A DNA stretch of 64,000 nucleotides. Source: a phage. This document shows positions 63,314 to 64,000 of the stretch, piece after piece. The stretch lies in sequence record PZ534511.1; one strand, given 5' to 3'. The number at the start of each line of letters is the position of its first letter. Positions within the stretch are counted from its first letter, which is position 1. Both the position numbers and the translations under genes were made by a program. Under the pieces are notes generated by a model that did not search any database, had not been told where the DNA came from, and was given only the letters and a program-made list of their open reading frames with translations.

Positions 63314-63890
63314 AGAAGTTGATAACTATATTATCACCTTTTTGCATAGCATCGACTTTTTGCTTAATTTTATAAATATCTCTGATATGAAACCTACCCT
63401 TCGGAGATTGAGTTATTATCTTCATGGTGTCCCCTGCGGCAATAGGCTTTCTAAGTCTTGGAGATATGCCTATAACAGCAGACCCAACACCATCACTACG
63501 CACTGGAGCTGTTACCACTTTCAATTCATCATTGACAGATATTTTATCCCCAGCTCTAGCTATGTCTCTGTTTGGCTCCCATCCGACCGTCTTCAAAAAA
63601 TCGTCGTTACCAGTAGGCCCAAGGGCGATTGGCTCATTAGTTGTTACTGAGTGACCGTAAGTTTTAATAAGAAAGATGTTTCCATCTTTATACACCTGAT
63701 CAACAAAGCTCTTAAGCTCTAGCAACTGTGACTCGCTGATATTGGAGACCGTCAAAGTGCCTTTCCAGTTAGGTGTGGCATAGGTTACTTTTTGCGTTTT
63801 ACCTGTAAATGGACTTTTAAACGTAACAATATCTGCCAGCAGCTCCAATCTAATATCTGGAAGATATCTAGGCCTTTCCCATAAAAACAT
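63300..63890 (-). CDS. minor tail protein (lambda gpM-like or distal tail protein, by position)
   Basis: Synteny; 196 aa; overlapping starts and stops suggest translational coupling. Confidence 0.4.
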   Translation of the reverse strand: MFLWERPRYLPDIRLELLADIVTFKSPFTGKTQKVTYATPNWKGTLTVSNISESQLLELKSFVDQVYKDGNIFLIKTYGHSVTTNEPIALGPTGNDDFLKTVGWEPNRDIARAGDKISVNDELKVVTAPVRSDGVGSAVIGISPRLRKPIAAGDTMKIITQSPKGRFHIRDIYKIKQKVDAMQKGDNIVINFFEDF

Positions 63891-63949
63891 TGTGCCTCCG
63901 GGTTAAACAATCATGATAGCTATTTTACCAGATTTTAAGTTAATACGCA

Positions 63950-63983
63950 ATACAAACAAAAAGCCCCCGCCGAAGCGAGGGCA
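63950..63983 (-). terminator. rho-independent terminator (minus strand) upstream of the minor tail gene block
   Basis: Minus-strand hairpin GCCCTCGCTTCGGCGGGGGC followed by TTTTTGTTTGT. Confidence 0.6.
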
Positions 63984-64000
63984 AAACAGTTACTTCAGTT

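Noticed and set aside
1-64000. Prophage or temperate lifestyle
   Set aside because: No integrase, repressor, attachment site or host flanking genes seen in the window; gene content and promoter architecture are consistent with a virulent phage, though the rest of the genome is not visible

Overview
This 64 kb window reads as a contiguous piece of a virulent tailed-phage (Caudoviricetes) genome; no integrase, repressor or other lysogeny gene is visible. Almost all genes are on the minus strand, except one plus-strand island at about 36.5-43.2 kb. Layout, left to right: (i) 1-7.6 kb, an early region of small minus-strand genes, each preceded by a near-consensus sigma70-type promoter and a GC-rich 5'-UTR hairpin; (ii) 7.6-8.5 kb, an AT-rich noncoding region with two plus-strand promoters driving paralogous structured-RNA candidates, followed by iteron-like direct repeats; (iii) 8.5-11.2 kb, a small accessory cluster including a macro-domain protein; (iv) 11.5-34 kb, a T7-like replication and DNA-metabolism module: SSB-like protein, family A DNA polymerase split by a group I intron carrying an HNH homing endonuclease, AP2-HNH endonuclease, primase-helicase, C5-cytosine and N6-adenine methyltransferases, Dda-like helicase, rIIA/rIIB-like pair, secreted SleB-like endolysin, MoxR-like AAA+ ATPase; (v) 36.5-43.2 kb, a plus-strand island with a VWA/HExxH protein and a HAD phosphatase, closed by a bidirectional terminator; (vi) 43.3-64 kb, a minus-strand tail module: lambda gpJ-like tip protein with a coiled-coil repeat insert, two paralogous tail fibre genes, a 581 aa fibre and a 1875 aa giant fibre. 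Many six-frame ORF starts look over-extended; better RBS-supported internal starts are noted in the evidence. The exact phage and host cannot be named from sequence alone. All product calls rest on motifs read by eye, not on database searches.
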